This document shows, piece by piece, positions 48,891 to 62,478 of a DNA stretch of 64,000 bases (position 1 is its first letter; the number at the start of each line of letters is the position of its first letter). The stretch is taken from NCBI GenBank assembly GCA_977017645.1, contig OZ360221.1, forward strand, positions 224,874,001-224,938,000, read 5' to 3'. Below the pieces are notes generated by a model, which did no database searches, had not been told where the DNA came from, and saw only the letters and a program-made list of their open reading frames with translations. This DNA is from Torpedo marmorata. Taxonomy: Eukaryota. The translations under genes were made by a program, and so were the position numbers.

Positions 48891-51174
48891 TAAGCACAAT
48901 TTACAATTTGCTATTTACCTAACACAAGCACATTGTTGGAAGATGAGATAAATGATACAGATGTGATATTATTAAGTGACGAGCTGGCTGTAATTACCAA
49001 TTTGCCTCCTCCATCTTCTGTTTATAGTTTGAATTAGGAGGCCTCGAAACATCTGGGAACTTTGCAGAAGTGACCTAGTGCTTTCCAGGACTGACCAACT
49101 CAGACCTATGTGAGTGCACTCAAACTCAGGGCTTCCATTGTGCAAACAAAAATGAACCCTGTATCATGTGGCCTGAAAGATCTCGGATGGACATACTTGC
49201 AAAGGATTGGATATGCAATACTACTCAAGCATCAGCTGGTTTAGTCAAGCAGTGCTCTGCACTACACAGAAATATTGCCTCACCTGATTTTTGCTCTAAT
49301 TTGTTTTGCATTCCAAACTTCGTGGTTTCTTTTTTTCATTTATTTTCAGTTTTATTGAAATCCTGAATTTTATAGATACAAGTGTGAAAAAAAGTAAAAT
49401 TTTGCTTTGTGCATTTTCCAATGGCAAATGAAAAATCAATGCTCTTCCATATTGTGAGCAGCAGAGTATTGTCACTTTGTGGTGACCTTACACTCCAGCT
49501 TTAGTATCACAGTGAAATGCATTGTGCATCAGCATCAATTGTGCTTAACACCTTAAACCAATTGTTCAAAGATGGTTCATGGTGGGTTAAATAAGCCCAA
49601 CAGTAGGCGAGGAATAGCTTTTAAATGTGTTCACAGAATATAGATAATACTGGGATGTGCCAGCATTTATTGTCCACCCCTAACTGGACCTGAACAGAGA
49701 AGGCAGGTAAAATCAAAACCATTGGTGATCTATAGAGTCATATTGGCCAGGAGGAGTAAATGTGGCAACTTTCCTTCCCTAATATGAAGGGCATTGATGA
49801 ACCAAAAGTTTTATTTTGCAACAATCCATCAGTTTCATGGTTACCGTTACCGAGACTAGCTTTACTTCCTGATCTATTTAATTCTCCAGCTGCCATTGTT
49901 AGATTCAGATTTGTATCTCAGATTTGTTTAAAGATCCAGGTACTGAAACATTTGAAGGGAGCAATGCAACAATGTTGAAGGAAGGAATTCCCTGAAAGTT
50001 TTGCATATGAACAGCACCTTCAACACAGAAAATCTCCACAAACACTTGCCTAGACTATTGCCAAATAAGATTTGATAAATTGGCCAAAAGATAAGGGACT
50101 GATTTTTAGCACCAGGGTCTTGTGAATCAACTATTCATGCCGTTATGCACTCATAAATTCAGCTAGAATCAATTTGCACAGTTTTAGACAATTTCTCATT
50201 GTGACTGGTCCTCAGTGTACAATTACAATGGCATTAAAGTTTTGATTAAGATTACATTAATTGTAAAGCTTAACCTAAAAATATAACCTCTCTATCATAG
50301 TTTTGGAGCCAGTTGATCTCTGGAAGAAAAATGGCAAGATTAGTGACACCAACCAGCCATGCTATTAACTGCTGCAATAGTGTCTCAAAAGGTCCAATCC
50401 TTTATGGGTATAATCAGAGAGTTAAGAGTGCAGGAGGGGCTATTGGTTAAGAAGAGGAGTGTGTAAATTCAGCTTGGCTTGCAGGGGGATTTTATGACAC
50501 TGAAAGCAACCAGTTGCAGTCAGCTTTGACCACATTGCTGATTTCGAAGTATAGGGCATTACAAATTACAGCAGTAACACTTTCTGCAAAAAAATATATT
50601 GATATAAAATAATTGCAGGTGCTCACAGAAAAATAATAGTGTCTTGTTATGGGAATATTTCAAGATAAGTCATTGTTTAAAACATAAAACATCAGAAAAT
50701 GTTAGTGCTTCATTATTGTGCTCCAACAATGAGATAAGTCACCTACTTGAAACTAATCAGTGAAAGTGGTAGAGTCAATAGGTAACTACTATGGAGACTT
50801 GCTATGGTAATGCTGATTTGTGTTTCAGAAACATTGTGTATGACTCTCAAGTAATTTAGAGAGGATGTTCATATAATATTTCATAGCGGCTGCATTCACC
50901 AAGCAAAGGCAGTCACTTTATCTTGGACGGAATGAGAAAAGAAACGCATCCTGCGATTTTGCTTTGTCACCTCTGATCAAAAGATTCAGAGGACATCCAA
51001 ATCAAAGCAGCACCATCCTGTTCCATATGGATTCCATAATTAAAAAGACAACTTTTCTATTCTTCGGTGTGAATAAGTGTCAGCTATGGCTCAGTGGTAG
51101 CTCTTTTGCCTCGGAGTTCAAAGGTCAAGAACTCAAATCTTGTGCGAGAGACTAGAGTTCAAAAGTTTTTATAA

Positions 51175-52020
51175 GTTCAAAGTTCAGATTTATTGTCAGA
51201 GTACATACATGACATCACATAAAACCCTGATTCTTTTTCCTGCAGGCCAGTCAGAATTTCTAAAAAAGAAATGTAAAGAAACTGTGCAAATACAGAAAAA
51301 ACAAAATATATATACCGGTATATACACACACAGTAATAAATACAGTAATAAATAATGAGCAAAGTACGTCCTTAAATGAGCTTCTGAATGAGCCTATTGT
51401 TCAGGGGTCTGATGGCTGAGGGGTGGCAACTATTCCTGAACTTGGCGGTTCGTGTCGTGTGGCACCTGCACCTCCTTCCTGATGGCAGCAGCATGTCCTG
51501 GGTGGTGTGGACCCTTGATGATTGCTGTTGCTCTCCGACAGCAATGTTCTATGTAGATGTTCTTGATGGTGGGGAGAGTTTTGCCTATGATGTACTGGAC
51601 TGTGTCCACTACCTTTTACAGGGCTTTTTGCTCAGAGGTATTGGTGCCCCCATACCATGCCATGATGCATCTGGTCAGCACCTTTTCCACTACACATCTG
51701 TAGAAGTTTGCCAAGGTTTCCGATGACATACCGAACCTCCGCAAACTCCTGAGGAAGTAGAGGCACTGACGTGCTTTCTTCACAATGGCATTAATATGAT
51801 GGGTCCAGGAAAGTTCCTCCAAGATAGTGACCCCCAGGAATTTAAAGTTGCTCACCATCTCCACCTCTGATCCACCAATGTTCACTGCATCTTACACCTC
51901 TGGTTTTCCTTTCCTAAAATCTACAATCAGATCCTTGGTCTTGATGACATTGAGTGTGAGGTTGTTGTTAGAAGACCAAGTTTTTTCTCCCTCCTGTATG
52001 CTGACTCATCACTCCTTTTA
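51175..52020 (-). mobile_element. Rex1/Babar LINE 3' fragment
   Basis: ORF 51616-51885 FKFLGVTILEELSW..KKARQCLYFLRSLRRFGM; tail gttcaaagttcagatttattgtc. Confidence 0.82.
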
Positions 52021-52261
52021 TAGAGCTGCACTGATGGAAGTTGTGCTCCTCAGAAGAGATGTTGTATCTTTCAGGTGAAGCATATAAGCTGCAAGAGCCC
52101 TGCATCATTAGAAAAATATTGAAATGTGAGAAAGTTAGGGTCTGAACAGAGCTGAAAGTAGCCAATGGAAGACTGCTTCTGCAATTCCCTCAATCATTTC
52201 AAATCAATGTTGCAATTTGTAAAACCTTTTGCAGAATGACATTTTATTTTTAATTTGTTAA

Positions 52262-52507
52262 AAAAATTTAGACATACAACACAGTAACAGTCCTTTCGGC
52301 CCAGGAGTCCATGCCGCCCAATTATACCCAATTGACCTACAATCCCCGGTACATTTTTGAATGGTGGGAGGAGACTGGAGCACCCGGAGGAAACCCACGC
52401 AGACACGGGAAGAACGTACAAACTCATTACAGACAACGCCGGATTCGAACCCCGGTCACTGGCGCTGTAACAGCTTTGTGCTAACCACTACGCTAACCGT
52501 GCCGCCA
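52262..52507 (-). mobile_element. tRNA-derived V-SINE (HE1-like), full length
   Basis: Minus strand GGCGGCACGGTTAGCGTAGTGGTTAGCAC...GGGTTCGAATCCGG; V-domain; homologous to 9984-10225. Confidence 0.9.
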
Positions 52508-53353
52508 AATTTATTATAACTCAGAGCTTTGATCCATTTTAGCTCCACAGCACTGCTTCTCAGGTACTCTTCGCCTTTATTTGCTTTTCTCAGAGCTTGT
52601 TTGTTGATCTCAGTGACATTGGTGCAGATGTGATTGCATATTGTTGGCTTATTTCAAGGAATATAATTTTGTGTAAATCAGTGAACCTTTCCCTAAATTG
52701 ACATAGCACCTGCAAGTTTGAAAAGCATTTCCAAAAATGTCAACACAGCTGCAGAGAAATTTGTGAACAGGTCCGCAGCCATTTTACTGGTTTGATCAGA
52801 AAGATTTCCATATACCGAGAGTAGAATCCACAAATTGAAAATTAGGAGTGTTTCGATTGAAGCTTTCGTCCACGTTGTCTACACTTACAGCAACAGAAGA
52901 GCTTCACAAAAGGTCTCGAACAAAGGAAGGTGGTTGTGATTGTGATTGTGAGAGTTTATTCATCCCAACCCCAAGACATCACTGCAGGAGTTAAACAGTC
53001 CTCAGTCCATCTTGAGCTGCTTTATCAATGACCTTCATAGGTCAGAAAGTTCATCAGCAAACAAAACAGTTCATGTTTGCATGCAGGAAGACCAAACAAC
53101 CCTTGGGCATGGGCTGATGAGTTGCAAGTAAAATTTGTATCACAAAAGTGCTGAGCAATGACCATTTCCAACAAGAGAAAATCTAACCTTTCATTCTTGA
53201 CATTCAATGGGATTACCATTGCTGAGTACCTCGACATTAACATCCTGGAGGCAACATTGACTAGAAACCACCACTGATCAGAATCTCAACTCCTTCAACC
53301 AACTCCATAAATATTGTGGCCACAAGAGTTGGTCAGAGGCTTTGTATTATGCA

Positions 53354-54612
53354 GTGGTCCATCTCCGATAACACTCTCCCCTTCCTGGATCTCTCTGTCT
53401 ACATCTCGGGAGACAAGCTTTCCATCGACATATATTACAAACCCACTAACTCCCACAACTACCTTGACTACACTTCCTCACACCCTGTCCCCTGCAAGGA
53501 TTCTATCCCCTTCTCTCAATTTCTCCGTCTCTGCCGCATCTGTTCCCAAGATGAAGTGTTCCAGTCCAGATCTTCTGAAATGTCTGCCTTCTTTCACAAA
53601 CGTGGCTTTCCCTCCACCACCAACAACTCAGCCCTCATCTGCATCTCCTCCACTTCCCGCTCTTCTGCCCTGGCCCCCTCTGCCCCCAGATGTAACAAAC
53701 ATAGAATCCCCCTCATCCTCACCTACCACCCCACCAGCCTCTGCATCCAACACATTATCCTCCAGAATTTCTGGCACTGACAACAGGATCCCACCACCAG
53801 ACACATCTTCCCCTCTCTGCCTTCCGTAGGGACCGCTCCCTCCGTGACTCCCTCATGCACTCATCCATCCCCACCAATCGCCCCCCGGCACCTTTCCCTG
53901 TGGCCGCAGGAGGTGCCACACTTGCGCCCACACCTCCTCCCTCACCTCGGTCCGGGGCCCTAAACAGGCCTTTCAAGTGAAGCAACATTTCACTTTTATA
54001 TCCGCAGGACTGATTTACTGCATCCGGTGCTCCCTTTGTGGCCTTCTCTACATCGGAGAGACTGGGCTCAAATTGGGAGATCACTTCACTGAGCACCTTC
54101 GCTCCGTCCGCACCAGTGACAGAGACCTCCCAGTAGCCAACCATTTCAGTTCTGTGTCACATTCCCACACTTACATGTCTGTCCATGGCCTTATGCACTG
54201 TCCCACCAAGACCACCCGCAAATTGGAGGAACAACACCTGATTTTCCGTCTGGGCACTCTCCAGCCAGATGGCATTAACATCTACTTTTCTAGTTTTTGC
54301 TAACCTGCTCTCCTCTTCCCCCTCCCTCCTTCCCTTTCCCTTTCCAGTTCTCCTCCCTCCCTTCCCCCTCCCTTCACCTAACCACCCCTCCTCCCCTTGA
54401 TCGCTGCTGTCCCCTCCCTCCCTTCTCCACCTATCACCTCCTGCCTTTGCGACCACCCCTTCCCTCCCTACTCTTTTGTTTGGACGCATGCCGACATTTT
54501 CCCATACCTTGATAAAGGGCTCAAGCCCGAAACATTGGTTATGTATTTTTGCTTTGCTATATAAAGGAAACTGTTTGACTTGCTGAGTTTCTCCAGCATT
54601 GTGTTTTTATTT
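53354..54612 (+). mobile_element. 5'-truncated Penelope-like element (RT end, GIY-YIG, tail)
   Basis: WSISDNTLPFLDL..SIPFSQFLRL; LIYCIRCSLCGLLYIGETG..F.EH; highly similar to 38180-38540 plus 42411-43321. Confidence 0.9.
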
Positions 54613-54679
54613 GCAATCAAAAGTTGGGAGAAACTGGGTAATTTTATTGTTGCATTTAAAGACCGATCACGTATTTTTA

Positions 54680-54910
54680 AAATTAAACACGAAAGTCTGC
54701 CGACACCGTGATTGAAGTAAAAACACAATGCTGGAGAAGCTCAGAAGGTCAAACAGTGTACTTTATACAGCAAAGATAAAGATACATAACCAACATTACA
54801 GGCTTGAGCCCTTCATCAAGGTATTCACCTTGATGAAGGGCTGGTTGTGTATTTTTATCTTTGCTATATAAAGATTGACCTTCTGAGCTTCTCCAGCATT
54901 GTGCTTTTAT
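54680..54910. repeat. Palindromic pair of Penelope tails (hairpin centred near 54824)
   Basis: acaatgctggagaagctcagaaggtcaa ... gcccttcatcaagg | ccttgatgaagggc ... ttgaccttctgagcttctccagcattgt. Confidence 0.85.
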
Positions 54911-55224
54911 TTTTTTTTAATTTTGGATTTTGTTTTTGGATCAGAGACAGATTCATATCATGCCCAAGAGATTAAAGCATCCAATTGAAGTTATGAGGCA
55001 CATAAAAAAGCTTGTCGCTTCTGTGGACATGGCAGCCAGGAATGTATAAGAATTCCATTCTATGACTGTTATATCTCTAGCTGGAAAAGGACAACTGGCA
55101 AGGTTTTGGCCCAGGAAGAGGGACAGGATTATGAAACTGCAAATAACACCAGTCATTATTATAGATGTACCAGCAATCATTCCCCAAGTAACTGTTCTTT
55201 TAAAGTCTAAGTACTACTCAGGAG

Positions 55225-55350
55225 ACACGAAAGAGACTGCAGTTGCTGGAATCTGGAGCAGTCTCGGTGAAGGGTTCTGACCCGAAACGTCAACTATTCT
55301 TTTTCTCCCACTGATGTTTCTCGACTCATTGAGTTCCTCCAGCAGATTGT
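55225..55350. repeat. Short Penelope-tail-derived element with degenerate hammerhead core
   Basis: ggtga-agggt tctg accc-GAAAC-GTC; tgagttcctccagca. Confidence 0.6.
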
Positions 55351-56319
55351 TTTAAAGTATTATTTATTTCAGAAGAAAACACTCATTGCGGTTGCTTGCA
55401 AAGCAAAATGCAAAACAGTTGAATGGAACATCAGCACAAAAGTTTTACATGTGCAATACACAGATGAAATCTAGAAATATTATAACCACTTCAGATGACA
55501 CAGCATTTATTTGTCCAGTATTTATGCTAAAGCAACTGTACTGTGAAACAAGAGGAAGTTAAGGCTGCAGTCCTAATTGATGAAACACAATAAGAAATGC
55601 AGATTGGCATTTTAGAAGACTGTTCCATTATGGAGATGGTGTCTGAATGACAAGAGCAATCACTCTTACCTCATCCCTGGAATTTAGCTCTTTGGTCCAT
55701 ATTGGATCAAGGTCACAATGAGGTCAAAAGCCAAGAGATCCTGGCAAAGCAAAAAATGGGTAATCGTGAATGGATTATTGTTAAGTGCTCCGGCTTCCAT
55801 CACTGCTAATTGAACAATGACATATTGAATTTGTGGGTTTTTTTTGGTAAACAGTGTATATGTGGATAATATTTGACATTGTTAGGTTGATGTAACAGAA
55901 CTACCTTTCTAAATACAAGTGATCAATACTGTATTACAATTGGGATATTGTCTGGTCCCATAGCCTTTGTTGCATGCAATGCTCTTGGCTGCTTGTTATC
56001 ACATGGAATGAATGGAATTGACTGGAGATTGGCTTCCATGAGGGAGGCGATCTCAGAAGGATAAATCATCCTTTTGGTACTTCTGGTTGAGCATAATCAC
56101 GAAAGCTTCAGCCTAAAGTACCCACGTGCTGGGCCTGCCATCATTGAGGATGGGAATGTTCTTGGAGCCTCATCCTCCTGTTAGCTGCTAAATTCTCTGC
56201 ACCAATGATAACTAAAAGTAATAGGACTGCAGAGTTTTGACCAGATACATTGGTTGTTAGATGGCATAGCTCCATCCATTGCATGCTTTTCTGCTATTTG
56301 CTTTTCAACATGCATGTTG

Positions 56320-56590
56320 TTCAAGATTATGAGAGGCCTAGATAGGATGGACAGCCAGCACCTTTTCCCAGGGCAAGAGTGGCAAACACCAGAGGCCCTG
56401 GTGAGGGGAGGAATGTTTTGGAGAAATGTCAGGGGTAAGCTTTTTACACAGAGTGGTGGGTGCCTGGAATGCATGCTGGGGGTGGTGGTGGAGGCTGGTA
56501 CAATAGAGACATTTAAAAGACTCTGAGAAAGGCACATGGATGCAAGAAAAATAGGGTTATGGGCGTGAGGTAGGGAATGTTTAGTTTGAT
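56320..56590 (+). mobile_element. CR1 3' fragment
   Basis: FKIMRGLDRMDSQHLFP...RGKLFTQ...VVEAGTIETFKRL. Confidence 0.8.
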
Positions 56591-58578
56591 CAGTGTTTTA
56601 TGTATAATATTCCTATGCCATAGATGCTCTGTGGTTTGTAAGGGATTACTTAAGGTGGTATGTGAGTGGAAAAACAAAAGTTGAGAATCACTGGTCTAAT
56701 CAATAATTGTCCTTCCTCAACATTATCTAAAAAAGAACATTAGATCTGAACATTATCATTGCCATTTGTGAGAGTTTATTGTACACAATTTGAATATTTG
56801 AAGCCAACCAATTCTTTTGCCTTTCGCTCATTACAGATGACACACCATTTAAAAAAAAACCTGTTTGTTTGCTCCAAGTTCAATCTCATTGTTATTTGAG
56901 GATTCCGATTAAATTTCACAGCTTCTATTCAAACTTGAATTAATTTGAAATATTTTAGATGCACCCTAGATGGAGAATTTGATCCTATTTATTTCCAGGT
57001 CTAATTGAAATGGAACAAGTGCCTTTTTCAGGAAAAGTTCCTGGTCAAAACTCGATTCCCTTTTGCACGAGTTTCTGAATTGATCTTGTGAATAGTTGAT
57101 ATCATAAAGGCTGAAAGAATTCCAAACCAAATTGGGGCGTGTGTGTGAATAATGTGATGATGTCAGTGGAAAAACAAGTCAGAAACACAATCATTCTGAT
57201 AAATCTTCTCACTCACTTAGCCGTGAATGTGTTGAGCATTCTCTGCTCCGTACCTGTGAGGGCTGATGAATATGGCACAGAAGGAAGTTTCTTAAATCCA
57301 TCCTGCCTTTGTCTGCAACCAGCTTCTATAGCTTAGAGTTCTCCCACAACTAACAGATGGACTTTAATGTATTCTGTGGGGGTTTTCCCCAAGATGAGTG
57401 AAACCATGCTGCAGGTTCTTTAAAGACCAGGATGCAATCACACACACATCAAGTTTGGAAATGTATATTATTTTTGGATATGGGTAACCGCTGCTGGGCT
57501 TCAAAGATAGCAACAGTGACTAAACTTCAAGAAGTACCTCGCTGACTATGAAGCTTTGGAATTTATTGAAAGGTGCTAATGAAAACACAATGAAAAAAAG
57601 TGAAGAGACTCCTACCAACCACATAAAAAATACTTAAATTTCAATCTATGCTCCACCCCCCCCCCACCCCACCCCAACACACCAAAATGTGATGTGGCCT
57701 CCTGGGGACTGTATGGCTCCAATGGAGAATGGCTGGTCTATACTAATGATCTGGAGAGAAAGGTACAACTCCCAAGGCAAATGGAGAATTTAAATAACTC
57801 AGTAAATCTGGAATAAAAAGCAGGTGTTAGTAATGGTATTAGCATGCTTATCATAAAATATGGCTTATTATTGCCTTTCAGGGAAATAAATCTTTTTGTC
57901 CTCTCATTGTAACAGTTGCAAAGTACTATAGTGTACCAGGAACAAACATGACTTAAATGAAGTAGCAGTAGTTAAGGAGGAAGTAGGAATGAGCAGTAAA
58001 TGCTGGCCTTCCTAGCAATGCTCACAGTTTTTGAATGATCAAAAAGAAAGTTTATGTAGTGGGCAAGTAATGCAAGGCTCGAGAATAACCTGATAAATTG
58101 TGCATTGTCCACCGACAATGAATGCAAGTAGGATGCGGAATTGTTGCTATGAAGAAAGATGGGATAAGTTAGTATTTTTGACTTTGGAACATAGGAGGCT
58201 AAAGGGAACTATAAATGAGATATATACAATAATTAGCAGCCTAGGTAGAATGTTTCCTATTCCCCTTGGCAGAGGGTTCAGTGAAGATGAGGAAAGTCTT
58301 GTTCAGCACCAGGGTGGTGAATTCTAGAAATCATTGCATACAAGGGTACTAAAGGCAGAAGCCATAATATTTAAGACATACCGTAGTTTCATGTTCTTCA
58401 AGATCTGCGGCCTGTATTGTTACAGATCCAGTACTAAAACAAAGGTGAACACAGGTAACACCTTTTGAATATGTAGAACAGCAGGCTGAATGACCCTCCA
58501 TCTGTGCCAGAAATATTCTAATTCAATTCTATGATTCTCCACATACAGCTTTATAGCTTAATGCTATCCCATCAGGCA

Positions 58579-59428
58579 AATGGCGGCGCTGCCGGAGCCA
58601 CTGTAGCGGCAGCGCTGCCGCTAGTGCGGACCCGCAGGGAGCGAGGGAGCGGAGATACAGCGCTCCCGCGGGTCCAGCAGCCCAGTCGACTGCCGTCGGT
58701 TCCGCACGGGCTTTGAACGGCCCGTTAAAGGAGCTGATGGTGGTTTTATTTGAGATCCCGCGACAGCTGGGTCTGCGCCCAAGATGGCAGCGTCTTTTAA
58801 TCGGCAGCAGCCACGAGGGGCTGCAGAGTCCGGGGAAGTGGGGAACTGGAGCAGGGCACCAGAGGACGGGAAGATCACCCCCCGTCTGAGAAGGAGAAGC
58901 GGAGGAGACGACCCTCGGGACGGTGACCACAGCGGCGAACCGGTGAGGGGCTCTGAGGCTGAAGGACCAGTGCATGCGGCGGGCTGCTGGCGACTCGAGG
59001 CGAGGAACCCGCGGAGGCTGTGGGCTGCTGGAGACTGCTGTCGGGGGACTCACGCCGGGCTGCGGACTGCTGGAGGCCTGCTCAAACTGGTTGGAGGAGT
59101 ACCAGGTATCGGAACCGGGATGCGAGGGGGTGCCGAGGGCGACCTGACCGTGTTGGAGGTTCAGATCTGGAGCTCGGGATGCCGATGGTTTAGACTGGAC
59201 TCTGTGTGGCTGCGGAAGCACTAGAGGCGAATCTATGGACACTCGGTGACTCTGGGGGGACTCTCTTTTGCTTCTCTTTCTCTGACTGCAAGGAATGTTA
59301 GAGGCGCTTAGGCAATTTCTGCCAGTGGCGAATCTGTCTGCCTTGCAGCAGGCAAAAAGAAATTTCATGGAATATGACACTGTCTTATTACTATGACAAT
59401 AAATTGAATCTTGAATCATGAATCTTGA
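58579..59428 (+). mobile_element. GC-rich non-autonomous retroposon (about 850 bp) with Rex-type 3' tail
   Basis: CpG-rich body; ends gacaataaa(ttgaatc)n like the Rex tails in this window; truncated sister copy at 25050-25350. Confidence 0.7.
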
Positions 59429-59874
59429 AGTACCAGGTATGAGGAGCAACTCTTGGAGCAGTTCCAACTTGATGTTTAGGGTCTCCGAAGGGATACTAAC
59501 ACTATCCACAGATCATTTTCTTAAAATGAAACAATAATGTTTTCATTTTTGCATAGCTTGTGAAGGTTATATTATCACTAATTATTTGACTGAGCAATTT
59601 TTGCATGCTCTAACAGAATTAAAGACAACTTGCATATGTGTCGGCCCTTTAATACTGCAAAGTATCCCAGGGATACTTCAAACTAATGTTTACTCCCTTT
59701 AATACTGCAAAGCATAAAACAAAGCATAAATTCCTAACAAGGTATTTGGACAGATACGAGGTCAAGGAATCAAGTTTTAAGGTGAGTCTTTAAGAAGGAA
59801 AGAGAGGTGGAGAAGCAAAGGGGTTTGTGAAGGAATTCTAGAGCTTAGGATCCACGCAGCTGAAGATATGATCA

Positions 59875-61018
59875 CAGTTTTACAGCACAGGAACAGGCTC
59901 TGCGGCCCAACTTCTCCGTGCTGATCAGAGAGTCTTCCCAAACTCGACTCATTTGTGTGTGTTCAGCCAAAATCCCTCTAAACCTTTCCCATCCACGTAC
60001 TATACCTGTCCAAATGTCTTTTAAATGTTACAGTCGTACCGGCCTTACCACTCTGGCAGCTCGTTCCATATACCAACCACCCACTAAGTGAAAAATATGT
60101 CCCTCAGGTTTCTTTTAGATCTTTCCCTTTCTACCTTAAATCTATGCCCTCCAGTTTTAGTTTCCTCTGCCCTGGGCGAAAGACTACAACTATTTACCTT
60201 GTCTATAAACCTCTATTAGGTTACACCTCAGCCTCCTATGCTCCAAAGAGAGAATTCCAAGCCTAACCAGCTATAAAGCCCACTCCCACCAAATGTCGGT
60301 TATGTATTTCTACCTTTGCTACATAAAAGACACTGTTTGACCTGCTGAGTTTCTCCAGCATTTGTGTTTTTACTTCAACCACGGTGTCTACAGATTTTCG
60401 TGATTTACTACTGTTGTACCATTCCTGTGCATCTTTCCAAGTTAATGGCATCCTTCCTATAGCTGGGTGACCTGAACTGCGCACAATACTCCAAGTGCTG
60501 CCTCACCAAAATCTTGGACAATTGTAGCATAATGCGCCTGTTCCTCTATTCAATGCTTTGACCAATGACGTCAAGCATGCCAAATACCTTCTTCCCTACC
60601 CTATATCACTACTTTAATGGATTTGTGCACCTGTACCACTAAATCTCTTGTCCTGCATCACTGTCTGCAGCCCTACCATTTACAGTGCAAGTTCTGCCAT
60701 GGTTTAACCTACCAAAGTGCAACACCTTGAACTTGTCTGAGTTAAATCCCACATGCCATTCCTTGGCCTATTTTCCTCATTCACCTGGATCCTATGAAAT
60801 CATTCTTCACTGTCTATTCAAAATTTTCGTGTCATCCACAAATTTACCAACCATGGTAAATTTACCCACAATTTACCTACATTGTCATCCAAAATGTTAA
60901 TATAGATGACAGGCAATGTTGGACCCAGCAATGATTCTGAGGCATACCATTGGACACAGACTTCCAACCTGAGTAATAATCTCCACTATTTTCCTCTGAC
61001 TCCTACCATCAAGCCAAT
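59875..61018 (-). mobile_element. Degenerate CR1 3' part with a Penelope tail inserted at about 60290-60410
   Basis: CR1 3' UTR gaacaggc..cggccca; LEYCAQF.SP; KFVDDTKI; Penelope tail ctgtttgacctgctgagtttctccagc. Confidence 0.75.
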
Positions 61019-61918
61019 TGTTACAAAATCAAACCAGCAACGACAGAAGACACAATGCAAAAGGGGTAAAATTGAAATTTATATTTATTAAAGACAATTA
61101 AACATATAATTTCACAACAATTAACCCCACTATAAACATCTATAAACACTATTCTTATCTAAAAGGTGTGTGTGTGTGTGTAAAGCCCAGACCATTACAG
61201 TCTGTGCCCAACCCTTATGTAAAAATGGAAAAACTTTCCCCAAAAAACCCCAGGTCAGTCATAAAAAAACAAGTCAGTCAAAAAAATAGAATAATACAGT
61301 CTACAAAATTCACTCTCTAAGTTCAGGCTTCAAATTCAGCTCTGTGTCTGGTAGAAGTACTTCTGAATGAACGTTGGAGAGAGACAATGACTGTTTATGC
61401 TTACAAATACTTGTTTTCTTCTCTGATGACGTCCCCTTCTTGTGTGTTCATAAGGATTGCGAGTTCAGATCAGTATACCACTGATTCAGGCGTGTGCTTG
61501 GATCTCACAGCTAGTCTCGCTGATCTCACGCCTGTTCTCCAGAGAAGTTGCTTTTAACTCAGAATTTCTCTGAGACAGGACGCCATATGCTATCCTGCCA
61601 GTCTTTTCTCTGGCTGCACAAGCCTGGATTTGGCTGTGTTCTCTAGCCTTTGCAATTCACAACTGTCTGCTTCTTGCAGAGATCTGCACCTGCTTTTTTA
61701 AAAGTGCAACAAATGTATCTTGTCCACATTCTGTCCCTCACTCTCTCTGGTCTCTCCCTGTCTGGGTACACCAAAAGTGCAACAATGTATCTTGTCTGGG
61801 TACACCAAGTCCTGGGGAAGTTAACTCTTTCAGTACCTGGCTCCAGTGTATACTCCAAAAGACTTCATCCTTCCTGCTGACCGTCCGCAGTCCAAATGGT
61901 CAGTCATGGTCCATAACA
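61019..61918 (-). repeat. 3' LTR of Gmr1-like copy 2 (900 bp)
   Basis: Minus strand TGTTATGG...GTAACA; homologous to 23507-24374. Confidence 0.92.
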
Positions 61919-62478
61919 CCTCCCACCCACAAAGGAAATTTTGGTCTGCAAGAACAAAATTTAGGAAAGTAATTGAGGTGTCAGAATATAAACAAAATCT
62001 ACAATGTTCATCCACAAATACAAAATATGAACTATTTTCATTGATAAAGTTTAACATCTAGAAAGATAATCAGCAATTACATTATCTTTCCCTTTTATAT
62101 GAGTGATTACCAAATAATATTCTTGCAAAATTAGACTCCAATTCAACAACCGTCGATTCTTATTTTTCATTTTACAAAGAAAAACCAATGGATTATGGTC
62201 AGTATACACTATGAGTGGTTTTTGAGCTGTACAGATATACACATCAAAGTGTTGTAGAGCCAACACAAGAGCCAACAACTCTTTTTCTATGGTTGAATAA
62301 TTCCTTTGATGATCATTGAACTTCTTCGAGAAGTAGGATACCGGATGGTCAATGTCCTCTTCGTTCTTCTTCTGTAACAGCACCGCACCCACAGCTTCAT
62401 CGCTGGCATCCACGGCTAAAGAAAACGACTGTTCTAAATTAGGTGACTTAAGCACAGGTTGGTGGCATAACATGGCTT

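Noticed and set aside
58529-59509. 326-aa minus-strand ORF
   Set aside because: Antisense to a GC-rich, stop-poor repeat; Ser/Pro-rich with no domain motif
23507-61918. One giant element bounded by inverted repeats
   Set aside because: Both repeats are 3' LTRs, each preceded by its own PPT and RNase H, with coding regions lying outside the interval; they are two independent copies
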